A DNA stretch of 63,633 nucleotides, filler included, from Pirum gemmata (GCA_002812295.1; 6 parts of 6 records of this genome joined end to end with filler, not necessarily neighbours in it), one strand, 5' to 3'; numbered from the whole stretch's first letter, positions 29,847-44,136 are shown. Notes: generated by a model not told the origin, from the sequence alone. A program made the numbers and translations.

Positions 29847-32539
29847 CTGTAATAATAAATTTATAATATACATACATNNNNNNNNNNNNNNNNNNNNNNN
29901 NNNNNNNNNNNNNNNNNNNNNTTAATTAATTAANNNNNNNNNNNNNNNNNNNNNNNNNNNNNNNNNNNNNNNNNNNNATATTATGATAATATTATGTATA
30001 GTATAATTATATTATATATATATTATATAATATAATATATATACTGATCATGAACTCAGGAGTCTTTAGAATATAAACCGAGCTCTACTAGCTAGCTAAC
30101 TAGCTACGTAATATATTCTATCGATAAAATTTGATAAATATGATACATTACCATAATAATATATCGAAAAAGTAAAATAATTATTTCCATTACAGTAGTA
30201 TTGTCCAACTGAATCTCTACAAAACAACTAAAAGTAAAGATATTAATTTAACTAATTTAAAAAAATTGAAATCTAGTTTTATTGAATTCAATCAACTACG
30301 CGTACGTATATATAATATAAGGATTGTTATAATATATTATTGATAAACCAATTACAAATAACATTATCATAATAGTAGTAACATCATTATTTCTATTATT
30401 ATTATTTTATTCTACTATATGATCGATAGTTGTTACATAATATACTTATCCCCAGCACTAGAGCCCTAACCGGCATGCCCTAACGTTATAACCCTCACCC
30501 TAACCCTAGCCCTCACCCTAACCCTAACCCTAACCCTAACCCTCACCCTAACCTAACCCTGACCCTAACAACTCTTATTAGCTATAGCGTATACATCACA
30601 ATATGATGGTAATTTTTATTATTATTATTATTTATTTATTTATAAATGTAGTTTTCGTACAACGTTCTCAGTTTTTAGACTATTAAATTTTCAAGGACTT
30701 GAAAATCATCATCCGATATTGTTATTTGCAATTGTATATATATTATTGTTATTTATGTATTTATAATCTTAACCGGTAATTATAAATTAATAGTAATAAT
30801 AAAATAATAATAATAATGATTTTTTTATTATTATTACACAAATTATATTCATAACATGTACATGTGGGAGAAAGGTGCCTATAATTTATAGTTTATGATT
30901 AATGATAATCATGATAAACGAAACAAAACAAAAAAAGAACATGATAATGTATGATATTATTACTACTATCGATATGATACTACTATGACATTATCAATAC
31001 TGTCTATTCTCAATAGCTAGCTATAGTACTTTTCAGTTGTTTTGTCATCATAAATTTAAAATATACAATAAATTGTACCAAATTAATATAATATAAATTT
31101 AATTTGGTATATTTTATTATCTATTATTATATTGATTAAATAAAAAATGTCAATTTAAAGATTATAACCCTCCAAATAAATATTCAGAGTGATAAATTAA
31201 ATGAAAAACACGATAGCAATAAGCTATTGATAATAAATGAAAAAATTTCAAAAGCACTATGCATTATTACATACAAAACAAAACAAAAAATTGAAAATTT
31301 CGCAAAATTTCCCAAGTAGCAAACAAATTATGATTATGTTTTCTTGATTCTAGAGCTAGCTAGACTAGTACTAGTTCTTGATTTTTTAATTTTTTATTAT
31401 AATAACTAGACCTAATGAAAGTACTATCATATTGTGCTTTTCATTTACTTTGTCACTCTGAATATTTATTTGGTGGGTTATAATATTTAAATTGGAATTT
31501 TTAAATCAATACATAGATAATAAAATATACCAAATTAAAATAAAAGGATTTATATTGTGTTGATTTGGAACTATTTATTGTATATTTTATGACATAATAA
31601 GAAAACAACTGAAAAGCATTCATTATACCTAATTTTCCTAATGGGCCAGTAAGCCCTGTCACAAAGGCTGGTCTACAATGACTCTGCATGAGTTAGAAAG
31701 GTACTATCGATCAGTCAGAGTGACACTTGAAGTGACACCCAGGAATACACCAGAGGTTTGAGTATTGGAGGAGTATTGGGTCAAGTATGTAGACTATTGG
31801 TCAGCAGTATTGGTTTTCAAGTTTCATCTACTAGCTAGCTACTAGCTAACTACTAGTAGCTAGCAAGTTTCATCCAAATGGCGAAATGGCAAATGGGGGT
31901 TTCAGAGTGGTTTCAGAGTGGTTTCAGTTTTTTGATTCTACCCAATGATAAGGCTATTTTTAGATGTTTTTTTTGGTCTTTCTGACTCTTTTATCAATAG
32001 ACAGCCAGATAGTAGATACAGACAGCTACTAGATACATCCGAATATTTATTTGGTTGGTTATAATATTTAAATTGACATTTTTAAATGAATATATAGATA
32101 ATAAAATGTACCAAATTAAATTAAATGGATTTATATTATATTAATTTGGTGCTATTTATTGTATATTTTATCACTAGACTATAGTCTAATAAGTACTAGG
32201 TACTAGTTTAGGTCTGATACTCAAGTACTTTTCAGTTTGTCATACAATAAAGAGTACCAAATTAATACAATATAAATCCATTTAATTTAATTTTTCTATA
32301 TTCTATTATTTCTTTATTCTTTTAAAAATATCAGTTTAAAGGTTATAACCTACCAAAAAAAATATGAAAAGTACTATTGATATGCTATGATAGTCTACTA
32401 ACTACTCTAGCTAGATCTACTACACTTCTAGGTAGACAGACTATCAAAGATATTACGATACTCCACGCTTTATTATCGACAGATATTATGATAGACTATT
32501 TTTTTAAAAAAATAATATGATATATATTGATTGATATAT

Positions 32540-32638
32540 AGTGTAAAATTGTGCGAATACTGGTGGCACTTTTGTACAACTGGCACTTTTGTACAAAAAA
32601 GCCAGTATTCAGCCTCAGTATTCGCACAATTTTACACT
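32540..32638. repeat. 99-bp hairpin/mini-MITE with 23-bp perfect inverted repeat
   Basis: agtgtaaaattgtgcgaatactg (32540-32562) and cagtattcgcacaattttacact (32616-32638); similar motif near 22329. Confidence 0.8.
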
Positions 32639-34178
32639 TTTGTCGCATAAAGTGTCTAGTCTGTTTATAAATAAATATCATAAATACAAAATGATATAGT
32701 CTATAGTAAAAAATAATTATAAATAAATTATTTTCTTAAAAAAAATATGATAGTTTAACTCATAGATGATAGACCCCTGGGCCCTGGGTCATAAATAAAT
32801 TTATTTATAATAGTCTAATAAATTTATTATATAGAAATAATTAGTAAAAATACTGTAAAAATACTTTTTTTTATTTATTACTTATTTATTTATTTATTTA
32901 TTTTTTTAAATAATTAATTTATTTACGATAAAACAAAAAAAAAAAAAAGACAAAAACTGGGCCTAAAAGCTGTCAGACTCACAGCAGATGTCAATAGATG
33001 TATGATACCAGTCTATCATTGTGTTATGTATACAGTAATACTAGTAATGTATACATGTATAAGTCAGTGTGGTGGTGGTGGTGGTGGTGGTAAGTACTTT
33101 TTCCGACTAATTGATTGTTATATATATACCAAGTTCGGAAAGACCCAAATCTGGTTCCATATTATATATATAGCAAAAAAACGGTTATTTTTGCGAAAAT
33201 GAGTGTATGTAGATACATTATTATGTACAGTAGTAGTCAACTACTACAGGCCCTAGCTACTAGAGTACACTAAAGAAGTGAAATATAGAAAAAAATGAAT
33301 GGGAAAAGATAGAAGAATCAATACAAAAAGAATCCCGAAAATACTAAAAAGTCACATATGGATACTAACCCAAAGAAAATTAACAAGACAGTGGACGTCG
33401 AAAACCCAACCTTTTCAATGTCAATATTGTTCCAAAATTTCCACCAGAACTCAAACTGCACATTTTTGAACATAGACAAAACTGTAAGGCTATAGCTAAG
33501 GCTATGATAGAATAGTGATAGAATAGAATGGATTAACCTACATCAAAAAAATATTACATATTTTATTAATTAACCCAAATATAGATTATAACATCAACAA
33601 TATCCACAACAACGACTACAACGCTATAATTCTAGGAACAAATTTTTAAAAGTTCAAAACAAATATTTATACTTCAAAAGAACAATACAATTACTCTTCA
33701 TAGACTATATATATGGTCTTATTATGAACAATACAATAAATCACAACCAACAACTAAATCATTAACTTATACCAAATTATTATGAAACAAATCAACAAAA
33801 CACAACTTTAAAATTTAACTATATATTACTGTAACCTACTGTTCCCCCTTTTTTTATACCGGTATGATATCATAATATAAAGGAAAATAAAATTTCTCTT
33901 TGGAAAAAAAAAGGAAAAAAAAAACCTAAAGGAACTGAAGGAGTCTGAAGGAAGAAAAATATCATACAAATATTTTATATATACTTATTTTATACAACTA
34001 TTATAATGATACATACTATACATACCCATTTTTTTTGCTTTTTTTGTTTTTTTGGTGAATTTTTTGTTGCATCGATCTAAAAAAAATTATTTTTAGTATG
34101 CATACATTGACAGAATTGATCTAATATCCATTGACTAATATTATATGATATCGGATATCGGATAATACTATATTATAA

Positions 34179-34478
34179 GGGAGCGTTCAATAATTACGTA
34201 ACGCCGATTTGGGACAAAAACCTACCCTACTACCCCCGTGTAACAGCCTATCACGTTTGAGAAGGACTACCTACCCCTTATGACGTAACGATTTGGAAAA
34301 AATAGTACCCTAAATTACCCCTCATGTTATATTTATATATATATAGAGGGCTATATATATATATTTTTTTGCGTTATGTCATATTACGAAAATCTACCCC
34401 CCTACTGCGTCACGGCCTGTCACAAAAATCCGACCCCCCCTACCTACCCCCAGCGTTACGTAATTATTGAACGCTCCC
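34179..34478. mobile_element. MITE family C, 300 bp, 26-bp TIR, TAA target duplication (Zator or PIF/Harbinger type)
   Basis: TAA|GGGAGCGTTCAATAATTACGTAACGC...GCGTTACGTAATTATTGAACGCTCCC|TAA. Related partial copies at about 4730-4850, 27622-27710, 34813-35120, 40602-40715. Confidence 0.9.
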
Positions 34479-36843
34479 TAACACTAGTAGATAAACTACT
34501 AGATAGTAGATGTCAATATAATATCATAATATTATTTTTTTAAAAATACATTACAAATTTACAATGTCATTATCAATATTAACCATTAAATTAACAGCAA
34601 TTCTAATAATAGTCTAAACTGTAGAAATCATTTTTTTTAGACTTCTTTTCTCTTTTCTAAAAACCTTTTTAAAATATTAACTAGCCAAATTATTTTTAAA
34701 AGCTATCCATTGGTTTATAATAGAGTTTTATTAATTAGACGATTTCTCACATTTTGGTAGTACTTTTATCAAAATTGGCAGCATTTTGAGATTTTTGGAT
34801 GTCACAATGTGCAAATACTACGTAACGCCAATTTCTGGTCAAATACAGCTTCAAATACCCCTACCTACCTACCCCTCGACGTTAATTTCCGGTCAAATAC
34901 CACCTACCTACCTACCCCTTATGACGTAACGATTTGGAAAAAATAGTACCCTAAATTACCCCTCATGTTATATTTATATATATATATAGGGCTATATATA
35001 TATATTTTTTTGCGTTATGTCATATTACGAAAATCTACCCCCCTACTGCGTCACGGCCTGTCACAAAAATCCGACCCCCCCTACCTACCCCCAGCGTTAC
35101 GTAATTATTGAACGCTTCCTTAGGTATGATAGTGGCTACAGAATATTGATACGGTCTATCAGATACTCTCTAGCTAGCTAGCAGCGCTAGCTAGTAGTTA
35201 GCACTAGCTAGCTGTTGTCTGTAGAGTCCTGTATCGATAGAGTTTGCACTTTGCAGCCTGTAGCCTTCTGTAGGCTAGCTAGTAGTCTAGTAGACTCTAG
35301 TAGACTCTAGCTAGTAGCTAGCTACTATTAGCTAGCTAGAGCCAAGAGTTAGGCACCTATCAATATCATATTAATTAATTAAAATGGCACCTGTAAATTC
35401 TGTAATATTATATTATAATGCATAGAACTATGCATAGCTACTATTAAAACTGGGCAAGCCGCAAAAATGCTTAGAGCTCACAGTCTCACAGAATTACACA
35501 CCGCAGATTTTAATTAAATATTAAATTACAGAATTGTAGAATAATTGATAGACCGTCTAATCATTGTTAATTAAATTTTGCTATTTAAATGATACAAAAT
35601 CATTCTGAATAATGATTATTGCTCGAAGTTCTAACTTCAAGACTAATTGATGATATTATACAATTGGTAAATACTCTAGCTAAGTATTATTATATACGTG
35701 GTGTTATCGGTATCGTCTGTTTCATTATTAATATTTACAATTATCCTCTCAATCTTTAATTATGTATATAATAATTGAACTTGCTTATAAAATACAATAT
35801 TAATAGTATAGTAATTATAAAATACCAAATCATTTAAAAAATGCCCGATAGTTTTACTACAAGCATACTTTGGTATAATATCATAAGTTTATTTTAGTTT
35901 TCGAACTGGACAAAACCATGAGACCTACAACCAAGGTTGTATGATAGGTCTCATGACAAAACTACTAGTCTAGTGAAAAACAACAAGCTAGTCACAACAA
36001 ACTAGCCACAATCTATAAGTAGACCACTCACCTTTTCACTTGTGCTGCATTAAGTAGTATTAAGTTAAGCCTAAGGTCTCTCTCTAACCCTACCCCCAGC
36101 CCCAACCCTAACCCTGTCCGGATCCCTAACTATAAGGTTAGAGCTACGTTATAGAGGTTGACAGTCTACCACGAGATAGAATCTACCCATTTATAGTGAG
36201 TATAGTCAAATTTCCTCAAATTTCCTCAAGACTTCCTCAAGTCTTCCGCTGTCTTCCTCACACATATTCCAGAAAATGTTATGACACTAGTACTTTTAAT
36301 TTTAAAAAACTAGCTAGCTAGAGAGCTATCGATACTGTAAGTAACTAGCTAGAGTCTAGCTTAGAGACCTCTTTTTATTAATTAACTGTACTTAAATAGA
36401 GACTCTTTTAGTAGAGTCTTACACAGACTTAGACACTCTTAGTTAGAACTTAGAAGCTCTTTTAGACTTCTTTTAGACTCTCTTAGACCCAAAACCACCT
36501 CTACTAGACCACTCTTAAAAACCACAAGTTATGATGACATTCATGTTACTCTCATACTTAGACTCATTATTATCGATACTAGCTAGCTAGCTAGCTAGCT
36601 AGTACTTAGACACTCTTAGTACGTTCTTACTAGTATGATCATACTACTACTTCTTAGTCTCTAAAAACTTCTATCGATAGCTAGTCTTCTAGCTAGCTAG
36701 CAGCTAGCTCTCATAGACCACATGTAAACAAAATTTCCATATATACATATATATCTATATATATTTCCAAAAATAGATGAGGGCAAAGATGTGTTTATCT
36801 TCTGCTGAATTATCTCTGAAAGTGTGCAGCGCTGTGCGGCTTA

Positions 36844-37148
36844 GGGAGCGTTCAAATACTACGTAACACTTACGGGTTGGTAGGGGGGGGGTAGAATTTT
36901 GTTTTAATTAGTGTAGGTAGGTAGATTACCGTAGATATTTCGCAATGTTACGTCACTCAAAAAAAAATATATATATATAGTGGGAAAAAAAAAATGAGCT
37001 TTTTTTGGAATTTTTTGAGCTTTTTTTGGGATTTTTTTTTTAAAACTTTACGGTAGGTCATTTTTCTCGATGTTACGATTGTGTGACTTTTGAGTAGGTG
37101 GGTAGGTTTTTGCCGGAAATTAGCGTTACGTAGTATTTGAACGCTCCC
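36844..37148. mobile_element. MITE family C relative, 305 bp, 24-bp perfect TIR, TTA target duplication
   Basis: TTA|GGGAGCGTTCAAATACTACGTAAC...GTTACGTAGTATTTGAACGCTCCC|TTA. Confidence 0.9.
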
Positions 37149-37902
37149 TTAGTACCTAATTATTTATTTTTTTTAAAAAATTATTATTATTAACCACGGG
37201 CCTCTAACGAGTCTAACCACCACCTATTATTCTTAGACCCACCAAAGGCGTAGTACACTGTAGTACCATATTATCATTGTATTACGCGTATGGGTCTCAC
37301 ATGTAATAATATATAAGTTGTATCAATACAATGTCATGTTGTAACTACTAACCACCACCAAATCAGGTGAAATTGTATGATAAGATCCGGAGATCTAGAG
37401 GATCTCCCTAAAACACTTCTAAAACCTTCAACCGAGCACACTTCCACTACTAGTTAGCTTCAGAAAAGAAACCGAACTATTACAATAACAATAAAAATAA
37501 TATGTTCAGTATTAATAACAAAAACAATGTAGGTAACAATATTAATAATAATAACAATATTTAATATTAAATTTTAATATTAATAACAATATTTAATATT
37601 AACATTAATAATAACATTTTTTAACAATAATTTTATAACAATATTAATATATAATTATAACAATATTAAAACATTACTATTATTAATTTAATAACAATAG
37701 CAATAACAATGGCAATAATATTAATAATATTAAATTATTATTATTATTATTATTGTATTATTATTGATATTATTAATTATTATTATTATTATTATTATTA
37801 GTGTTGTTGTTGTTGCTGTAAGTATCGGGTTTTAATATTAGTATTTTATATTGGTATTGGTATTTTACATTAATATTTTATATTGTATTATTATTATTAT
37901 TA

Positions 37903-37942
<40 letters not shown>

Positions 37943-37954
37943 ATTATTACCCTG

Positions 37955-38000
<46 letters not shown>

Positions 38001-38053
38001 GCAATATTATTGATATTAATTAATATTTATTTCTATTACTTTTAAAAATCCAG

Positions 38054-38879
38054 TGCTTCTCCTAATTGGACTTGTTATCGTACTAATGAATACTGGAGTG
38101 GATGCTTTCCACCGGGGCATGAAATCGACAACGACACAGAAAACGATGCAGATATCGGAACTGATTGCGGAGCTGATTCCGGAGCTGATTCCGGAGCTGA
38201 TTCCGGAGCTGATTCCGGAGCTGATTCCGGAGCTGATTCCAGAGTTAGTTCTGGAACTGATCATGATGCGAGCTCTACTGCCTGCGCATCACCACGCACA
38301 CCCTCACATGGACAATGTACCGGTTGCCCGCCAATGTACAATGGAAAAATGTGCGCGAGCACAACCCGTTACACAGATGATACCAAAGGTGCCTGTGGGA
38401 TGGGGGAGACAGAGCATGTTCCATCTGACTATTGGACGGTAACTAATTATACTGCAGCAATGAGTACAATGAGTTTAGCACCCACGCAACCGTTACTATC
38501 ATGGTGTCCTACCGGGAATTGCGGAACCTGTTGGAAACTTTGTACAACGGGAGGTTCTACTAATAGTAATAACCTTCCTTCTGTTGGTGTTTGTCGAGTT
38601 TTCCGTATAACAAATCGTTGTGGTGATGGTTACCCTAATTCTCCAAATTGGTGTAATCAACAAATGTCATGGGAACAATGTGAGGCTGACCCGACCGAAT
38701 GTGCGATTTCAGGGAAAACTAATATGTATGGGTATCCTGTGCATTTTGACTTGATGGATCTTAACGGTCAAATTACTGGTGAAGGCGGATTGGGTTGGGA
38801 TAATCCCGAAGTAACGTTCGAGGCGGTGGATTGCGTAGCGTCTGGACTAGCATCTAGTCCGTATAGTCAATGTAATTAG
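38054..38879 (+). CDS. Terminal exon of a CBM1-linker-GH45 (subfamily B, mollusc/EGV-type) endoglucanase
   Basis: The frame of ORF 38334-38879 is open back to acceptor ccAG (38052-38053): ASPNWTCYRTNEYWSGC (second half of a CBM1-like module), (GADS)n linker, then YNGKMCASTTRYTDDTKGACG...CGTCWKLCTTGG...ITNRC...NMYGYPVHFDL...LGWDNPEVTFEAVDC. Confidence 0.9.
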
Positions 38880-39131
38880 TCATATTAGTATTTATTTTAT
38901 TAATTACTTCGTGCTTTTCAGTTATTTTGTCATCATAAAATATACAAAAAAAAAAGAGTATTAATTAAATTTTAATGCAATATATTTATAAGTTCATTTC
39001 CTTTAATTTGGTATATTTTATTATCTATTTATTCATTTAAAAAGGTCAATAACCAACCAAATAAATTGAAAAGAACAATAATTAGACTTAATCTTGTTTC
39101 GAGATTTGAAATCGATCAACGAAATATAATT

Positions 39132-39206
<75 letters not shown>

Positions 39207-42200
39207 AAAAAACAAAATTCAAAAAACTTTTTCCAAGAATAAGTAATAGCTTTACATTATTGCTATACATAATATTATCTAGATCTAGGTTATATATACA
39301 TAAATATGAATGAAAAAAATATAATAATCATAATAATTATTAATAATGAATAAACAATAATACATTAAAATATGAAAAAACATAATTATTATTGAATCTC
39401 ATATTATAACATTAGCATTGCAATAATAATAATAATAATATTAATAAGGATAACAATTATATAAAAATGTAGAAATGATACTAATACTACTAATAAGGGC
39501 TGGCGTTAGTGTTAGTGTTAAGTGTTAGTGTTAGTGTTAGTTTTAAGTGTTGGTGTTGGTGTTGGTGTTGGCGTAAGTATTAATGTTAGTGTTACGTTGG
39601 GCTAATTCTGAAGTAATGTTCAAGCAAGAAAGTAAAAGTCTGAAGCTTGACTATCATCTAGTCCGTACTCTAACCCTAACCCTATTAGTATTTATTTTAG
39701 ACTTGTTTTCGAAATCGATTAATATTGATAAAAACAAAATTCAAAAAATATTTTCCAAAAATAAGTATAGCGATTCTCATTTATTTTGTCGCTCTGAATA
39801 TTTATTTGGTTGGTTGGGGATGGGGATGGGGATGGGGATGGNTTATTATTATTGTTATCATTATTATTATATAATTATTATTATATATTATTACTATTAT
39901 TAATTATTATTATTATCATTATTATTGTTATTATATATTAAAAGGTAAAAATAAAAATTAGATTAAAAACAAACAACAACTACCAAGGTCTCAAAACAAC
40001 AACAACAACAACAACTTCAACAAACTACATGTATAACAAACAAACTACAACAAACTATATATTATTATACAAACTACAAACTTATCATAATTATTTTGGT
40101 TAAAATTTTTATTATTAATATTAGTATTTTAATTAAATTAAAACTTCAAAATTATTTTTCATCTCAAATTATAATTTAATTATAATCACGTATCGGTACG
40201 TACTATCGTGTTTTTCAATAGTGTTATCCAGTTCAAAAACTGAAATAAAACTTACCAAATTATAATTAATTGGTCATGTTTTAATTAATTTGATATTTTA
40301 TATAGTAATTTTATATTTATAAAAAAGTTCAATTATACAATTAAACGGTACCGAATGAAAAGACGATACATACTTTTAAAATACAACAGCCCCATAAATA
40401 AGCAGCTGGCCAAAAACATAATAAAATATTACCATAGAATTTTACTTTTCAAGTAGACAATAAATAGTACCAAATTAACACAATATAAATCCATTTACTT
40501 TAATTTGGTATGTTTTATTATCTAATTATTGATTTAAAAATGTCAATTTAAAGATTATAACCCTCCAAATAAATATTCAAAGTCACAACCACGATATCCA
40601 TCCGGTCAAATACAGCTTCAAATACCCCCTACCTACCTACCCTTCGACGTTAATTTCCGGTCAAATACCCCCTACCTACCTACCCCTTGACGTGACTTAT
40701 TATTTGAAGGCTCCCTTAATTAACAATATTGTGCTTTTCATTTATTTTGTCACTCTAAATATTTATTTGGTAGGTTATAATATTTAAATTGATACTTTTA
40801 AATAAATAAATAAATAATAAAACATACCAAATTAAATGAAATGGATTTATTTTGTATTAATTTGGTACTATTTATTGTATATTTTATGATAACAAAATAA
40901 CTGAAAAGCATGATATCAACATTTATCATAAATTTTCTTCTTGGTAGAGTCTATCGTCACTATTATAGACTACGGTATATCATATCATAATATTATGATA
41001 TCGTGCTTTTCATTTATTTTATCACTCCGAATATTTATTTGGTTGTTTATAATATTTAAATTGATACTTTTAAATAAATAAATAAATAATAAAATATACC
41101 TAATTAAANNNNNNNNNNNACATATGTATAGGTAGGTATTATCGTGCTTTGCAGTTGTTTTGCCTTCATAAAATATACAATAAATAGTACCAAATTCATA
41201 CAATATAAATCCATTTAAGTTAATTTGGTATACTTTATTATGTATTTATTGATTTAAAAATGTCAATTTAAAGACTATAACCCTCCAAATACATATTCAC
41301 TACTGATACCCACTGACGATACCAGCAGAAAATTTATAATATTAATTAATATTATGATAATGCACATGTGCTTTTCATTTATTTTGCCATTCCAAATATT
41401 TATTTTGCTTGTTTTAAAATATTTAAACTGATATTTTTAAATTAATAATTAGATAATAAAATATACCAAATTTTAAAAATAAAATGAATTTATATTGTAT
41501 TAATATATATGTGGGTATCGGCAGTATCCTATGATACCGATCATAATTATAACAGCTCTCGGGTCAGACTCTCGGGTGGCAGAGGCAGACTCCCCAGGCA
41601 GACTCCCCAGGCAGAGTGGTTGAGTTGACTGTCAAAGTACTGTCAACCAGTTTGAAATTTGAATGACTGGGGTTCGAATCTGTCAACGATATCATGTGAG
41701 GTTTTCGCTATTTTCCCTCTAAAGGCATGAACGTAATAATAAAATTCCACACCTAAAATATGGCAAAAAAGCCACAAACTCTGGAGGGAAACAGTAGGGA
41801 AACACTAGCTAGGAAACCATGGTCTCAGAACATGGTGGAACACAAACCATGGTCTCAGAACATGGTGGAACACCGGTATACCCAGGGTTAGGGTCTAGGG
41901 TTAGGGTTAGTTAGGGTTAGGGTTAGGGTTAGGGTTAGGGTTAGGGTTAGGGTTAGGGTTAGGGTTAGGGTTAGGGTTAAGGAGGAATGGTAGGTCGGAA
42001 TGTGTGAACAGTGTGTGAACCTAGTGAACCTCTCCCTAGACGCAAGTAAGGAGACTGAAAATGCAACTCGAAAAATAAAAAAATAAAAAAATAAAAAAAT
42101 AATATTGATATCGATACCTTACTTTTCATTCACTCGGAATATTTATTTGGAGGGTTATAATCTTTAAATTGACATTTTTAAATCAATAAATAGATAATAA

Positions 42201-42378
42201 AATATACCTAATTAAATTAANNNNNNNNNNNNNNNNNNNGTTAGGGTTAGGGTTAGGGTTAGAGTTAGAGTTAGGGTTAGGGTTAGGGTTAGGGTTAGGT
42301 AACCTTCCATGTTTAGTTTTGTTTGAATAAAGTTTTAATTAAGATTTTATTATTGTTTGAAACTTGGTATGTACTAGG

Positions 42379-42689
42379 AGTTATAATCGCTCCAACTCAA
42401 ACCAATCGTCGCACCGAGCCCATGACCGAGACAACCAAGCCCATGACCGAGACAGCCGAGCCCATGACCGAGACAGCCGAGCCCATAACCGAGACAACCG
42501 AACCCATGACCGACACAACCGAGCCCATGACCGAGACGACCGGGCTCATGACCGAGACGACCGAGCCCATGACCGAGACGACCGAGCCCATGACCGAGAC
42601 GACCGAGCCCATGACCGATCCAATAACCGGCGCGATGGTGGCCAAGATGATGGCGATGCTTACCGTCGCACAAGCCGGAGTAGTGACAA
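42379..42689 (+). CDS. Probable internal exon with a 21-bp tandem repeat (RAHDRD[D/S/N] or TEPMTET)
   Basis: GC-rich island with about 10 units, preceded by tactAG and followed by GTTAGT; true frame and product cannot be determined. Confidence 0.45.
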
Positions 42690-42985
42690 GTTAGTATAAT
42701 TGTGATTGTTGTGGTTGTTATGGTTATTATTGTGGTTATTATTATGGTAGTAAATACAATTGTTTATTATTATTATTATCATTATTATTATTATTATTAT
42801 TATTTATTATTATTTATTATTATTGTTATTATTATTTATTATTATTATTANNNNNNNNNNNNNNNNNNNNNNNNNNNNNNNNNNNNNNNNNNNNTTAATT
42901 AATTAANNNNNNNNNNNNNNNNNNNNNNNNNNNNNNNNNNNNNNNNNNNNTTTTTTTTGTTTGTTTGTTTGTTTGTTTGTTTTCT

Positions 42986-43489
42986 TTATCCTCGGTAAAC
43001 CATCTTTCTCCATTTGGTATCTGGGAAGCAATCTTTAGGTGATTTGATAAAGCAAGAGTGCGCACAACTTACTACATCTTTACAATTATTCATCAAATTC
43101 TGAGCACAAACTGTCATTTGTTCGTCCGCAGAATTGTCGTTGGGCATAGAGGCTTTGACCATTGTGACAACTTTCAATTGCTGAGCGATTGTTTCGATTG
43201 TATCCGTGGAATTTTTCAGATTACTTGCCAATCTCTTATCTGGACATTTTTGTTCAAACAATCGAGCACATTTAGCTGCTTTCTTTGCGTCCGCAGTAAT
43301 TTCTCTGGACAAAGCAATAAGTTCGGATTTTGCCCCTATTTTTTTTTTGTTTGTTTGTATGTTTGATATATTAGTATAATATAATAATAATAATCGTTAT
43401 AGTTGCCAATACTAAAATGCAATCGAAATAACGATCGATAAATTTGGAAGTAATTATATAAATCAATGTATTGATGATGATGGTGATAA

Positions 43490-43522
<33 letters not shown>

Positions 43523-44072
43523 CGATGTTCTTGATGTTGGTATTGATGTTTATCATGATGATGATGATGATGATGATGGTGATGATGATATTGGTGATAA
43601 ATGATAATAATAGTACTTATTAACTCAATTAATTACCTCTTTGATCCTTCAAGGAAGACATCTTAGCAAAGTTCTCTGTAATTCTCTTCATAAACATGAT
43701 AAGATCATTTTCGGTATCATCCCACTGCAATACTGCATTGTGTAAATCTTGAGCAGCTTTACCCATGGCATTATCAGCGGTATCAAGTTTAGGAGCTGCT
43801 GCCATAACAACACGTCTTTGTTCTTCAAGAATTTGAGCTTGTTCTGCTTCTTTTCTTCTTCTCTCTTCTTCTCGAAGTCTAGCTTGTCTTTCTGCTTCTT
43901 CCGCAGCTAACCTGGCTTCTTCAGCTAATCGAGCGGCTTCAGCTGCCGCGGCTGCATCGGCCAATCTCTTAGCCTCAGCCTCACGTGCAGCTTTTTCAGC
44001 AGCCTATTTTAATTCAATAAAAACAAAACAAAAAACAAAAAATGTATTAATAAAAGAAAATCAACAAGGAAA

Positions 44073-44136
<64 letters not shown>

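Noticed and set aside
38053..38442. ORF with apparent signal peptide and (ELIP)n repeat
   Set aside because: Alternative frame; the CBM1-like and GH45 motifs share another continuous frame.
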